Shown here one piece after another: positions 21,153-28,790 of a DNA stretch of 32,000 bases. The stretch covers positions 3,836,497-3,868,496 of the forward strand of contig NC_003902.1 in the NCBI RefSeq assembly GCF_000007145.1, written 5' to 3'. A program made the translations under genes and the position numbers. The stretch comes from Xanthomonas campestris pv. campestris str. ATCC 33913 (GTDB lineage Bacteria > Pseudomonadota > Gammaproteobacteria > Xanthomonadales > Xanthomonadaceae). The notes beneath the pieces were generated by a model that saw only the letters and a program-made list of their open reading frames with translations, made no database searches and had not been told where the DNA came from. Every line of letters starts with the position of its first letter. Position 1 is the stretch's first letter.

Positions 21153-21449
21153 GAGGCGAACGGTCCTAGGCGGGGGTGGAGTGATGCTAGGAAGACGCAT
21201 CGTTGCCGGTCCAAACCAAAGGACGTATTGTTTGATACATAAATTGAATCGATCGAGCCACGAGTGGTGCTATTCCATCGCAAATGCCTGCTTTTCCAAC
21301 GGTTTTTGGCGGCACTGTAATTACGTGAGCCGCTTTTCAGTACGGCTGTCGGTGTCAGCCGCGCCGTATTCATCTGCATGCCGGGCCCGCCGATGTTGCA
21401 GTTGCAGCATCGAATTGCCCGCCAGCGAGCGTCGAGAGGTCATAGCGCC
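21153..21449. promoter_or_regulatory. Divergent control region between the kdgD operon and its LysR-type regulator
   Basis: A 297-bp gap holds the most AT-rich stretch in the window (about 21220-21330). It contains GTAT-N6-ATAC (21225-21238), the perfect palindromes TCGATCGA (21249-21256) and GTAATTAC (21317-21324), and several T-N11-A spacings of the kind LysR regulators bind. Confidence 0.5.
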
Positions 21450-22319
21450 ATGTTCGATCTGCAACAGTTGCGCTGCTTTGTCGCGGTCGCCGACGAGCTG
21501 CATTTCCGGCGCGCGGCCGAGCGTTTGAACATGACCCAGCCGCCGCTTAGCCGGCAGATCCAGCTGCTGGAACACAACGTCGGCACGCCGCTGCTGGAGC
21601 GCAACAGCCGCCATGTGCGGCTGACCCAGGCCGGGCGCAGCCTGCTGGCCGAAGCGCGCGCGATCCTGCGCCTGGCCGAGAACGCCGGGCTGCGGGCGCG
21701 CCGCATTGGTACAGGCGACGCCGGCAGCGTGTCGGTGGGCTTCACTGCCGGGGCCAGCTATCGCTTCTTGCCGGAGGCGATCGCACGCTGGCGCAGCGAG
21801 GCGCCGGATGTGGATCTGCAACTCAAGGAGATGGTCAGCCTGGCGCAACTCGATGCGCTGGATGCCGGCCGGCTGGACATCGGCCTGCTGCGTCCACCGA
21901 TCCAGCGGCCGGGCCTGCGCAGCCGGTGCGTGGCGCGCGAGCCGCTAATTGCCGCGCTGGCCGAGGATTCGCCGCTCGCGCAGCGCGGCAGCCTGCGTCT
22001 GCAGGACTTCGACCAGCAACCGCTGGTCAATTACGCGCCCGACGAAGCGCGGTATTTCTACGACCTGCTTGCGCAATTATTCGGCGCGCGCGGCATCGCG
22101 CCACGTTCGGTCCAATACGTCAGCCAGATCCATTCGGTGCTGGCACTGGTGCGCGGCGGCATGGGCATGGCGCTGGTGCCGGAAGGTGCCAGTGGCCTGC
22201 GCTATGCGGGCATCGTCTATCTGCCGCTGCAGGACGACGCGCCGGCAACGCCAGTGGAACTGCATCTGGTCTGGAAGCAGGACAACGACAACCCGGCCTT
22301 GCGCAACTTCGTCCACTAA
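21450..22319 (+). CDS. LysR-family transcriptional regulator
   Basis: 289 aa from the ATG at 21450, with GAGAGG upstream. The N-terminal wHTH is MFDLQQLRCFVAVADELHFRRAAERLNMTQPPLSRQIQLLE. It is divergent from the glucarate/galactarate operon. Confidence 0.9.
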   Translation: MFDLQQLRCFVAVADELHFRRAAERLNMTQPPLSRQIQLLEHNVGTPLLERNSRHVRLTQAGRSLLAEARAILRLAENAGLRARRIGTGDAGSVSVGFTAGASYRFLPEAIARWRSEAPDVDLQLKEMVSLAQLDALDAGRLDIGLLRPPIQRPGLRSRCVAREPLIAALAEDSPLAQRGSLRLQDFDQQPLVNYAPDEARYFYDLLAQLFGARGIAPRSVQYVSQIHSVLALVRGGMGMALVPEGASGLRYAGIVYLPLQDDAPATPVELHLVWKQDNDNPALRNFVH

Positions 22320-22459
22320 GAGCAGCTATCAAAACGACTGCGCAGCCGCCAGGCGGGCGCGGCCGGTGCTCGAATCGGCATGTACCTACGTAGACGCCGG
22401 TTTCTCCGCGCCGTCCGCACCTACCTGACGACTGCTCGCAACGTTTTTTAGCCGCTTAA
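22317..22459 (-). mobile_element. MITE-like palindromic element, copy B (core 22320-22456 flanked by TAA direct repeats), inverted relative to copy A
   Basis: The reverse complement aligns end to end with 5943-6088 at about 90 percent identity by eye, with about a dozen substitutions or 1-2 nt indels. TAA at 22317-22319 is the LysR gene's stop codon, and TAA recurs at 22457-22459. One terminus is 1 nt shorter than in copy A. Confidence 0.8.
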
Positions 22460-22510
22460 GCGTGGCGCATCGCCGGCCTGCGCCGACATGCGCCGCAGTG
22501 ATGCGCGCGG

Positions 22511-24682
22511 CTACTGCCGGCCCACGCTCTGCACCACGTGCAGGCGACGCAGGCGGCGCATCACTTCGGCCAAATGGCGGCGGTCGCGCACCTGGATGTT
22601 GAAGCGCAGCACCGCCGCATTGAAATCGCGGTCCAGGTAATCCACCCGCTCGATGTTGGACTGGCTCTGCGCGATCGCCGCAGCCAACTGCGCGAGCACG
22701 CCCGTGCGGTTTTCCACTTCCACCACCAGCGCGGTGTCGTAGTCGCCGGTGACGTTGGAGTCCCAGTCGATCGGCACCCAGCGCTCGGGCGACTTGCGCA
22801 GCTCGGCCAGGTTGGGGCAATCCAGCCGGTGCACCACGATGCCCTTGCCGGCGGTGTGGTAGCCCATGATCTCGTCGCCGGGAATCGGCTGGCAGCAATT
22901 GGCGAAGCTGATCACGCCACGCTCGCTGCCATCGATCAGGATCTTTTCGTGCGAATGCTTGGAATGCCCGCCGCCGCGCAACTCGGCGTAAGCCATCAAC
23001 GCCTGCGCTGCCTGGGTGGGCATCCAGTTGCCCAGCGCCACATCGGCCAGCAAGGCCTCCAGTCGCGGGTAGCGGTGCTCGCTGAGAAACGCATCCAGCC
23101 GGCCCTTCGGCAGCCGCTCCAGCGAACTGTCCATCGCTTCCAGCGCGCGGTCGAGCATGCGATGGCCGAGCTGCACTGCGTCTTCGTGTTCGAGCTGCTT
23201 GAGCTGGTGGCGGATCGCCGTACGCGCCTTGCTGCTGACCACGAATTCCAGCCACTGCGGCTTGGGCGTGGCCGAGCGCGCGGTGATGATCTCCACCGCC
23301 TGCCCGCTGACCAGCTTGGTGCGCAGCGGCACCAGCTTCTTGTCCACGCGCGAGGCGACCGCGCGGTTGCCCACGTCGGTGTGCACCGCGTAGGCAAAAT
23401 CCAGCGCAGTGGAATTGCGCGGCAACGCCAGGATCTTGCCCTTGGGCGTGAACAGATAGACCTCGTCCGGGAACAGATCGACCTTGACGTTGTCCAGAAA
23501 TTCCAGCGACGAGCCGGCCGCGCGTTGCGAATCGATCAGCTCCACAATCCAGTCGTGCGCACGGCTCTGCGAGCTATTGGGCGCCGCCGAGCCAACCTTG
23601 TAGGTCCAATGCGCAGCCACGCCGCGCTCGGCGATCAGGTCCATCTCTTCGGTACGGATCTGCACTTCGATCGGTGAGCCGTACGGCCCGAACAGCACCG
23701 TGTGCAGCGATTGATACCCGTTGGCCTTGGGAATGGCGATGAAATCGCGGAAGCGCCCGTCCAGCGGTTTGAAGGTGGCATGCACCGCGCCGAGTGCGTG
23801 GTAGCAATCGGCCACCGAGCGCACCACCAGGCGAAAGCCGAACACATCCATCACCTGGTCGAAGGATTTGTTCTCTTCGTGCATCTTGGAATAGATGCTC
23901 CAGGGCGTCTTGATGCGGCTGACCAGGCGATGCTCCAGCCCTTCCTTGGCCAACCGCTGCGACAGCTGCACCTCCACCTGCGCCATCGATTCGCGCCGCA
24001 CCACCGGCTGGCTGCGGATGTGTTTTTCGATGATGGCGTGGCGCCACGGATACAGCGCGCGGAAGCCCAGGTTCTGCAGCTCGGACTTGATCAGGCTCAT
24101 GCCCAGTCGCTGGGCGATGGGCGCGTAGATTTCCAGCGTTTCACGTGCGATGCGTCCGCGCGCTTCGGTGCTCTGCGCGCCCAGCGTACGCATATTGTGC
24201 AGACGATCAGCCAGCTTGATCATGATCACGCGCAGGTCGCGCGACATCGCCAGCAACATCTTGCGGAAACTTTCCGCCGCCGCTTCCTGGCGGTCGCGGA
24301 ACTTGAGCTTGTCCAGCTTGGTGACGCCATCGACCAGCTCGGCCACCGCCTCGCCAAATTCCGACGCCAGTTCTTCGCGCGTCAGCGGCGTGTCTTCAAT
24401 GGTGTCGTGCAGGATCGCGGCAATCAGCGATTCCATGTCCAGGCCGAGCTCGGCCAGCACACCGGCCACGGCAACCGGATGGGTGATGTAGGGCTCGCCC
24501 GACTTGCGGGTCTGGCCGGCATGCGCGCTGGCGCCAACTTCCCACGCACGGCGCAGGATCGGCAGCTGCTCCTTGGGAAGGTAGCTGGCGGCGCGTTCGA
24601 GGTGCAGGACGTAGTCGGGAATGGCCGCGTCGGTAGACGCAGCGGTCGCAACGGTCGCCTGGGCAGTGGGGCCTGGGTTCAT
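22511..24682 (-). CDS. spoT: Bifunctional (p)ppGpp synthetase/hydrolase SpoT (RSH family)
   Basis: 723 aa. It has the HD hydrolase domain (HPVAVAGVLAEL...LHDTIEDT), the RelA/SpoT synthetase domain, and TGS and ACT-like C-terminal regions. It lies downstream of gmk-rpoZ, as in other gamma-proteobacteria. Confidence 0.95.
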   Translation of the reverse strand: MNPGPTAQATVATAASTDAAIPDYVLHLERAASYLPKEQLPILRRAWEVGASAHAGQTRKSGEPYITHPVAVAGVLAELGLDMESLIAAILHDTIEDTPLTREELASEFGEAVAELVDGVTKLDKLKFRDRQEAAAESFRKMLLAMSRDLRVIMIKLADRLHNMRTLGAQSTEARGRIARETLEIYAPIAQRLGMSLIKSELQNLGFRALYPWRHAIIEKHIRSQPVVRRESMAQVEVQLSQRLAKEGLEHRLVSRIKTPWSIYSKMHEENKSFDQVMDVFGFRLVVRSVADCYHALGAVHATFKPLDGRFRDFIAIPKANGYQSLHTVLFGPYGSPIEVQIRTEEMDLIAERGVAAHWTYKVGSAAPNSSQSRAHDWIVELIDSQRAAGSSLEFLDNVKVDLFPDEVYLFTPKGKILALPRNSTALDFAYAVHTDVGNRAVASRVDKKLVPLRTKLVSGQAVEIITARSATPKPQWLEFVVSSKARTAIRHQLKQLEHEDAVQLGHRMLDRALEAMDSSLERLPKGRLDAFLSEHRYPRLEALLADVALGNWMPTQAAQALMAYAELRGGGHSKHSHEKILIDGSERGVISFANCCQPIPGDEIMGYHTAGKGIVVHRLDCPNLAELRKSPERWVPIDWDSNVTGDYDTALVVEVENRTGVLAQLAAAIAQSQSNIERVDYLDRDFNAAVLRFNIQVRDRRHLAEVMRRLRRLHVVQSVGRQ

Positions 24683-24750
24683 GCCGGAAGACTATGCCAG
24701 CGCGGCAGTGACGGCAAACGGTTGCATGCACTTACTCACTGCACACACGC

Positions 24751-24782
24751 TCAAAACGAAAACAGCCCGCGAAGGCGGGCTG
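24751..24782 (-). terminator. Intrinsic terminator or attenuator between rpoZ and spoT
   Basis: On the minus strand, CAGCCCGC, CTTC, GCGGGCTG form a perfect 8-bp GC stem, followed immediately by TTTTCGTTTTGA. It lies 42 nt after the rpoZ stop and 69 nt before the spoT ATG. Confidence 0.6.
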
Positions 24783-24823
24783 CTTGGATCGATCGCAACG
24801 ATGCAGGCGATCGCGCGCCTGGA

Positions 24824-25123
24824 TCAGTCGTCGTTCTTGGACATGTCTTCGTCGGCGACCACTTCGGCGGCAGCCCATTCCAGGGCTTCGCGCTCGGCGC
24901 GCTCGCGCTCGGCCTTTTCGACTTCATCGATCAGTGCGTTGTCGATCCGGCGTGCGGCGATTTCGCGCAGCGCCATCACGGTGGGCTTGTCGCTGGCGTC
25001 GGCGTTCTCGATCAGCGGCTGCACGCCGTTGGCGAGCTGACGCGCACGCTTGGAGGCCATCATGACCAGCTCAAAACGGTTGTTCACGACTTCCAGGCAA
25101 TCTTCTACGGTAATGCGGGCCAT
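24824..25123 (-). CDS. rpoZ: DNA-directed RNA polymerase subunit omega
   Basis: 99 aa from the ATG at 25123 ([30 protein letters not shown], the canonical omega N-terminus), with GGGAG upstream. The track ORF is over-extended to 25156. Confidence 0.95.
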   Translation of the reverse strand: MARITVEDCLEVVNNRFELVMMASKRARQLANGVQPLIENADASDKPTVMALREIAARRIDNALIDEVEKAERERAEREALEWAAAEVVADEDMSKNDD

Positions 25124-25367
25124 GCGGGCTCCCGGCGACCAGCAACGGCCGCGCATCGAATGAGGGAAAGGGGGCGGAGTGTACGCCCGGGCCGCGGTGG
25201 CGGCAACCGGCGCTTATTCAGTTTCCTTTGGAATCAGCCGCTTGGGGCGGCTTGCGGCCGCTGGCGCATGACGCTGCGGCGCGCGTTGGCGCTGCCTGCT
25301 GCGCCCAGTTCGATGCGGCGAGCAGCGGCCCGGCACCATGCGGTGCCCTGCCCGCTAGCTGGCAGAT

Positions 25368-25979
25368 TCAGTCCAGCAACGCCTGGATCAGCCCGGCATG
25401 GCGTTGCTGCTGCGCCTGCCGACGCAGCCGGCTGGCGGTGAAGATGGCGCACATTTCCGACACCGCGGTGTCGAAGGTCTCGTTGATGATCACGTAGTCG
25501 AATTCCTCGAAATGCAGCATTTCCTCGCGGGCGGCGGCCAGGCGTTGCGCCATCACGTCCTCGCTGTCCTGCCCGCGCTTGCGCATGCGCTCGTCCAAAG
25601 CCTGGCGCGACGGCGGCAGGATGAACACGCTGACCGCGTCCGGCACCTTCTGCCGCACCTGGCGCGCGCCCTGCCAATCGATCTCCAGCAGCACGTCGTG
25701 CCCGGCGGCCAGCTGCGGCTCCACCGACTGCCGCGCGGTGCCTTTCCAGTCGCCATGCACCAGCGCGTACTCGAAGAAGTCACCGGCTTCGATCATGCCC
25801 TGGAATTCCTCGGCAGAGACGAAATGGTAGTGCTCGGCATGCCGCTCACCCGGGCGCGGCGCGCGCGAGGTGAAGGAGATCGACAAGGCGATCTTGGGGT
25901 CACGCGCCAGGGTGGCGTTGACGATGCTGCTCTTGCCGGCGCCGGAAGGGGCCGCAACGATATAGAGGGTGCCGCGCAT
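25368..25979 (-). CDS. gmk: Guanylate kinase
   Basis: 203 aa. It has a P-loop (APSGAGKSS), and the pattern of GMP-binding residues and the length are typical of Gmk. Confidence 0.95.
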   Translation of the reverse strand: MRGTLYIVAAPSGAGKSSIVNATLARDPKIALSISFTSRAPRPGERHAEHYHFVSAEEFQGMIEAGDFFEYALVHGDWKGTARQSVEPQLAAGHDVLLEIDWQGARQVRQKVPDAVSVFILPPSRQALDERMRKRGQDSEDVMAQRLAAAREEMLHFEEFDYVIINETFDTAVSEMCAIFTASRLRRQAQQQRHAGLIQALLD

Positions 25980-25982
25980 TTT

Positions 25983-26088
25983 AGGGAATCGAGAGTCGGG
26001 AATAGGGAATGGGGCGCCGCGCCAGGCATGCAGGCCGTGGGGAATCGTACCTGCTTTGACGATTCCCCATTCCCGATTGCCTATTTCC
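25983..26088. repeat. REP-like intergenic element made of inverted arrays of GGGAAT heptamers
   Basis: The left arm (25983-26014) is AGGGAAT CGAGAGT CGGGAAT AGGGAAT GGGG. The reverse complement of the right arm (26060-26088) is GGAAAT AGGCAAT CGGGAAT GGGGAAT CG. An extra GGGGAATCG lies in the spacer (26038-26046). The element fills the gmk-yicC gap almost exactly. Confidence 0.7.
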
Positions 26089-26090
26089 GG

Positions 26091-26951
26091 CTACTCGATG
26101 TTCTGCACCTGTTCGCGGATCTGGTCGATCAGCACCTTCAGGTCCACCGCCGCGTTGGAGGTGCGGCTGTCCACCGATTTGGAGCCCAGGGTGTTGGCTT
26201 CGCGGTTGAACTCCTGCAGCAGGAAATCCAGGCGCCGCCCGACCGGCTCGGACTGCTTGAGCACGCGCCGGATCTCGCCGATGTGGCTGGACAGGCGGTC
26301 CAGCTCTTCATCCACATCGAGTTTTTGCAGCCATAGCACCAGTTCCTGCTCGGCGCGGCCCGGGTCCACCGGATGCGGCAGATCGGCCAGGCGGGCCGCC
26401 AATTTGGCGCGTTGGCCTTCGCGGATCACCGGAATCAGCGTGCGCACCTCACCAGCAATACGCTCGATGGCATCCACGCGCTCGCTGATCGCCTCGGCCA
26501 GCTTGGCGCCTTCGCGCTCACGGGCGGCCACAAACCCGGACACCACATCATCCAGCAACGCCAGCGCCTGCGCCTGCAGCGCCGGTGCATCGACATCCTG
26601 CACCTGCAACACGCCGGGCAATTGCAGCAGATCGGTGAAGCTCACCTGCAGCTTGGGCATGCTTGCATCCAGCCGCGTGGCGAGTGCGCCCAGTTCCTGC
26701 AGCAGCGCCTCATTGACGGCCAGGGTCTGGCCGCTGTCCGGCGCGCGCAGGCGCAGCGCCAGGTCCAGCTTGCCGCGGCTGTTGCGGGCCGCCACGCGCT
26801 CGCGCAACAGCGGCTCCAGCGCACGCAATTCTTCGGGCAGGCGCACGCCCACTTCCAGAAAACGGTGGTTGACCGAGCGCAGCTCGCAACCGAGCGTGCC
26901 CCATGGCGTGATGCGTTCGCCGCCGGCGAACGCGGTCATGCTTCGGATCAT
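26091..26951 (-). CDS. yicC: YicC/YloC-family stress-induced endoribonuclease
   Basis: 286 aa from the ATG at 26951 (MIRSMTAFAGGE...LRSVNHRFLE). The C-terminal DUF1732-like motif EFNREANTLGSK is present. The track ORF is over-extended to 27134. Confidence 0.9.
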   Translation of the reverse strand: MIRSMTAFAGGERITPWGTLGCELRSVNHRFLEVGVRLPEELRALEPLLRERVAARNSRGKLDLALRLRAPDSGQTLAVNEALLQELGALATRLDASMPKLQVSFTDLLQLPGVLQVQDVDAPALQAQALALLDDVVSGFVAAREREGAKLAEAISERVDAIERIAGEVRTLIPVIREGQRAKLAARLADLPHPVDPGRAEQELVLWLQKLDVDEELDRLSSHIGEIRRVLKQSEPVGRRLDFLLQEFNREANTLGSKSVDSRTSNAAVDLKVLIDQIREQVQNIE

Positions 26952-27063
26952 CGTGAGTCCAGTGCCTGCAAAGCGCGAATGGTACCCTAGCAGGCCATGC
27001 CGGCCGGCAGCAGCCCGCCGCGTACTGGCCTGACGACCACCTCCCGACTTCCGGATCCAACGC

Positions 27064-27789
27064 ATGTCCTTCTCCCGTCCCAGCGGCCGCACGGCCGACC
27101 AGCTGCGCCCCGTGCGCATCGAACGCGCCTTCACCCGTCACGCCGAAGGCTCGGTGCTGGTCAGCTTCGGCGATACCCGCGTGCTGTGCACCGCCAGTGT
27201 GGAGAACCGCGTGCCGAACTTCCTGCGCGGCAAGGGCGAAGGCTGGGTCACTGCCGAATACGGCATGCTGCCGCGGTCAACCCACACCCGCTCCGACCGC
27301 GAAGCCGCGCGCGGCAAGCAGGGCGGACGCACGCTGGAAATCCAGCGCCTGATCGGCCGCGCACTGCGCGCCTGCGTCGACCGCAATGCACTGGGCGAAC
27401 GCACCATCACCCTGGACTGCGACGTGCTGCAGGCCGACGGCGGCACCCGTACCGCCGCCATCACCGGTGCTTACGTGGCGCTGGCCGACGCGGTGAACCT
27501 GCTGCTCAAGCGTGGCGACATCAAGAAGCATCCGCTGATCGGCGCAGTGGCTGCGGTGTCGGTGGGTATCTACCGCGGCGAGCCGGTGCTGGATCTGGAT
27601 TACCCGGAAGACAGCGACTGCGATACCGACATGAACGTGGTGATGAACGACGGTGGCGGCTTCATCGAGTTGCAGGGCACGGCCGAAGGCCATGCCTTCC
27701 GCCGCGACGAACTCAACGCCCTGCTCGCACTCGCCGAAAAGGGCGTGGGCGAATTGTTCGAACTGCAACGCGCCGCACTCGCCGGATGA
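27064..27789 (+). CDS. rph: Ribonuclease PH
   Basis: 241 aa: [46 protein letters not shown], plus the phosphate-binding [16 protein letters not shown] motif. Confidence 0.96.
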
Positions 27790-28178
27790 AGCGCCGCATT
27801 GCCCTGACCACCTTGCTGGTTGCCGATTACGACGCGGCGATTGCCTGGTACACCGGCGCACTGGGCTTCCAGGTGCTGGAAGACCGCGCGCTCGGCGAGG
27901 GCAAACGTTGGGTGGTGATCGGCCCGGGCAGCACGCAGGACGCCGGCTTGCTGCTCGCGCAGCCGGCCGACGCCGCGCAGCAAGCGCGGATCGGCGACCA
28001 GACCGGCGGGCGTGTGGATCATTTCCTCTACACCGACGACTTCTGGCGCGACCACGCTGCGATGCAGGCGTTTGGCGTGGAATTTCTGGAAACCCCGCGC
28101 GAAGAACCGTATGGCACCGTGGCCGTGTTCCGCGACCTGTACGGCACCAAGTGGGATCTACTGGAGCCCAAGCAATGA
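27786..28178 (+). CDS. VOC (glyoxalase/bleomycin-resistance/dioxygenase fold) family protein, 130 aa
   Basis: [34 protein letters not shown]...[19 protein letters not shown] is a typical VOC beta-alpha-beta-beta-beta pattern. Its ATG overlaps the rph stop (ATGA at 27786-27789), and its stop overlaps the rdgB ATG (ATGA at 28175-28178). In the track it is buried at the end of the 26997..28178 ORF. Confidence 0.8.
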
Positions 28179-28774
28179 AACACCTGGTCCTGGCCAGCGG
28201 CAACGCCGGCAAGCTGGAAGAACTGCGCGCCATGCTCGCCGATCTGCCATTGCAGATCGTGGCGCAGGGCGAGCTCGGCGTGGACGATGTGCCCGAAACC
28301 GGGCTCACCTTCGTCGAGAACGCCCTGATCAAGGCACGCCACGCCAGCACGGTGACCGGTCTGCCGGCACTGGCCGACGACTCCGGGTTGATCGTCGATG
28401 CACTCGGCGGTGCGCCCGGTTTGTACAGCGCGCGCTACGCGGGCAGCCCGACCGATGCCAACGCCAACAACGCAAAGCTGCTCGAGGCCATGCGCGAGAT
28501 CCCGGCCGAGCGCCGCAGCGCGCGCTTCTACGCGGTGATCGTGCTGCTGCGCCACCCGGAAGATCCGCAACCGCTGATCGCCGAAGGCAGCTGGGAAGGC
28601 GTGATCACCACCGCACCGCGCGGCACCGGCGGCTTCGGCTACAACCCGGTGTTCCTGGACCCGGTGCACGGCCTGACCGCCGCCGAGATGGACACCGCGC
28701 TGAAGAACCGCCTGAGCCACCGCGCAGTAGCGCTGGCCACGCTGCAGCACAAGCTGCACGCCCTGTCACTTTGA
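28175..28774 (+). CDS. rdgB: dITP/XTP pyrophosphatase (non-canonical purine NTP pyrophosphatase, HAM1/RdgB)
   Basis: 199 aa from the ATG at 28175: [21 protein letters not shown]...[15 protein letters not shown]...FGYNPVF...[10 protein letters not shown]. These are canonical RdgB motifs. Confidence 0.93.
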   Translation: MKHLVLASGNAGKLEELRAMLADLPLQIVAQGELGVDDVPETGLTFVENALIKARHASTVTGLPALADDSGLIVDALGGAPGLYSARYAGSPTDANANNAKLLEAMREIPAERRSARFYAVIVLLRHPEDPQPLIAEGSWEGVITTAPRGTGGFGYNPVFLDPVHGLTAAEMDTALKNRLSHRAVALATLQHKLHALSL

Positions 28775-28790
28775 TCCACAACACGCCGCT

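Noticed and set aside
25124-25367. The unusually long (244-bp) gmk-rpoZ intergenic region as a possible sRNA or terminator locus
   Set aside because: It contains only short 5-6 bp stems (for example GGCACC-ATGC-GGTGCC at 25331-25346 and AGCCGC-TTGGG-GCGGCT). There are no T-runs, repeats or promoter-like hexamers. The evidence is insufficient to call anything beyond the rpoZ RBS (GGGAG).
22538-25441. Two long plus-strand ORFs (22538..23677 and 23702..25441) opposite spoT, rpoZ and gmk
   Set aside because: They are antisense to well-supported housekeeping genes and span intergenic regions and a terminator. Their composition is typical of a GC-rich antisense frame.
25969-28350. The plus-strand ORF 25969..27033 (354 aa), the minus-strand ORF 27277..28350 (357 aa) and most of the plus-strand ORF 26997..28178
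   Set aside because: They are antisense or off-frame relative to yicC, rph, the VOC gene and rdgB. Only the last 130 codons of the 26997..28178 frame (the VOC gene) are credible.
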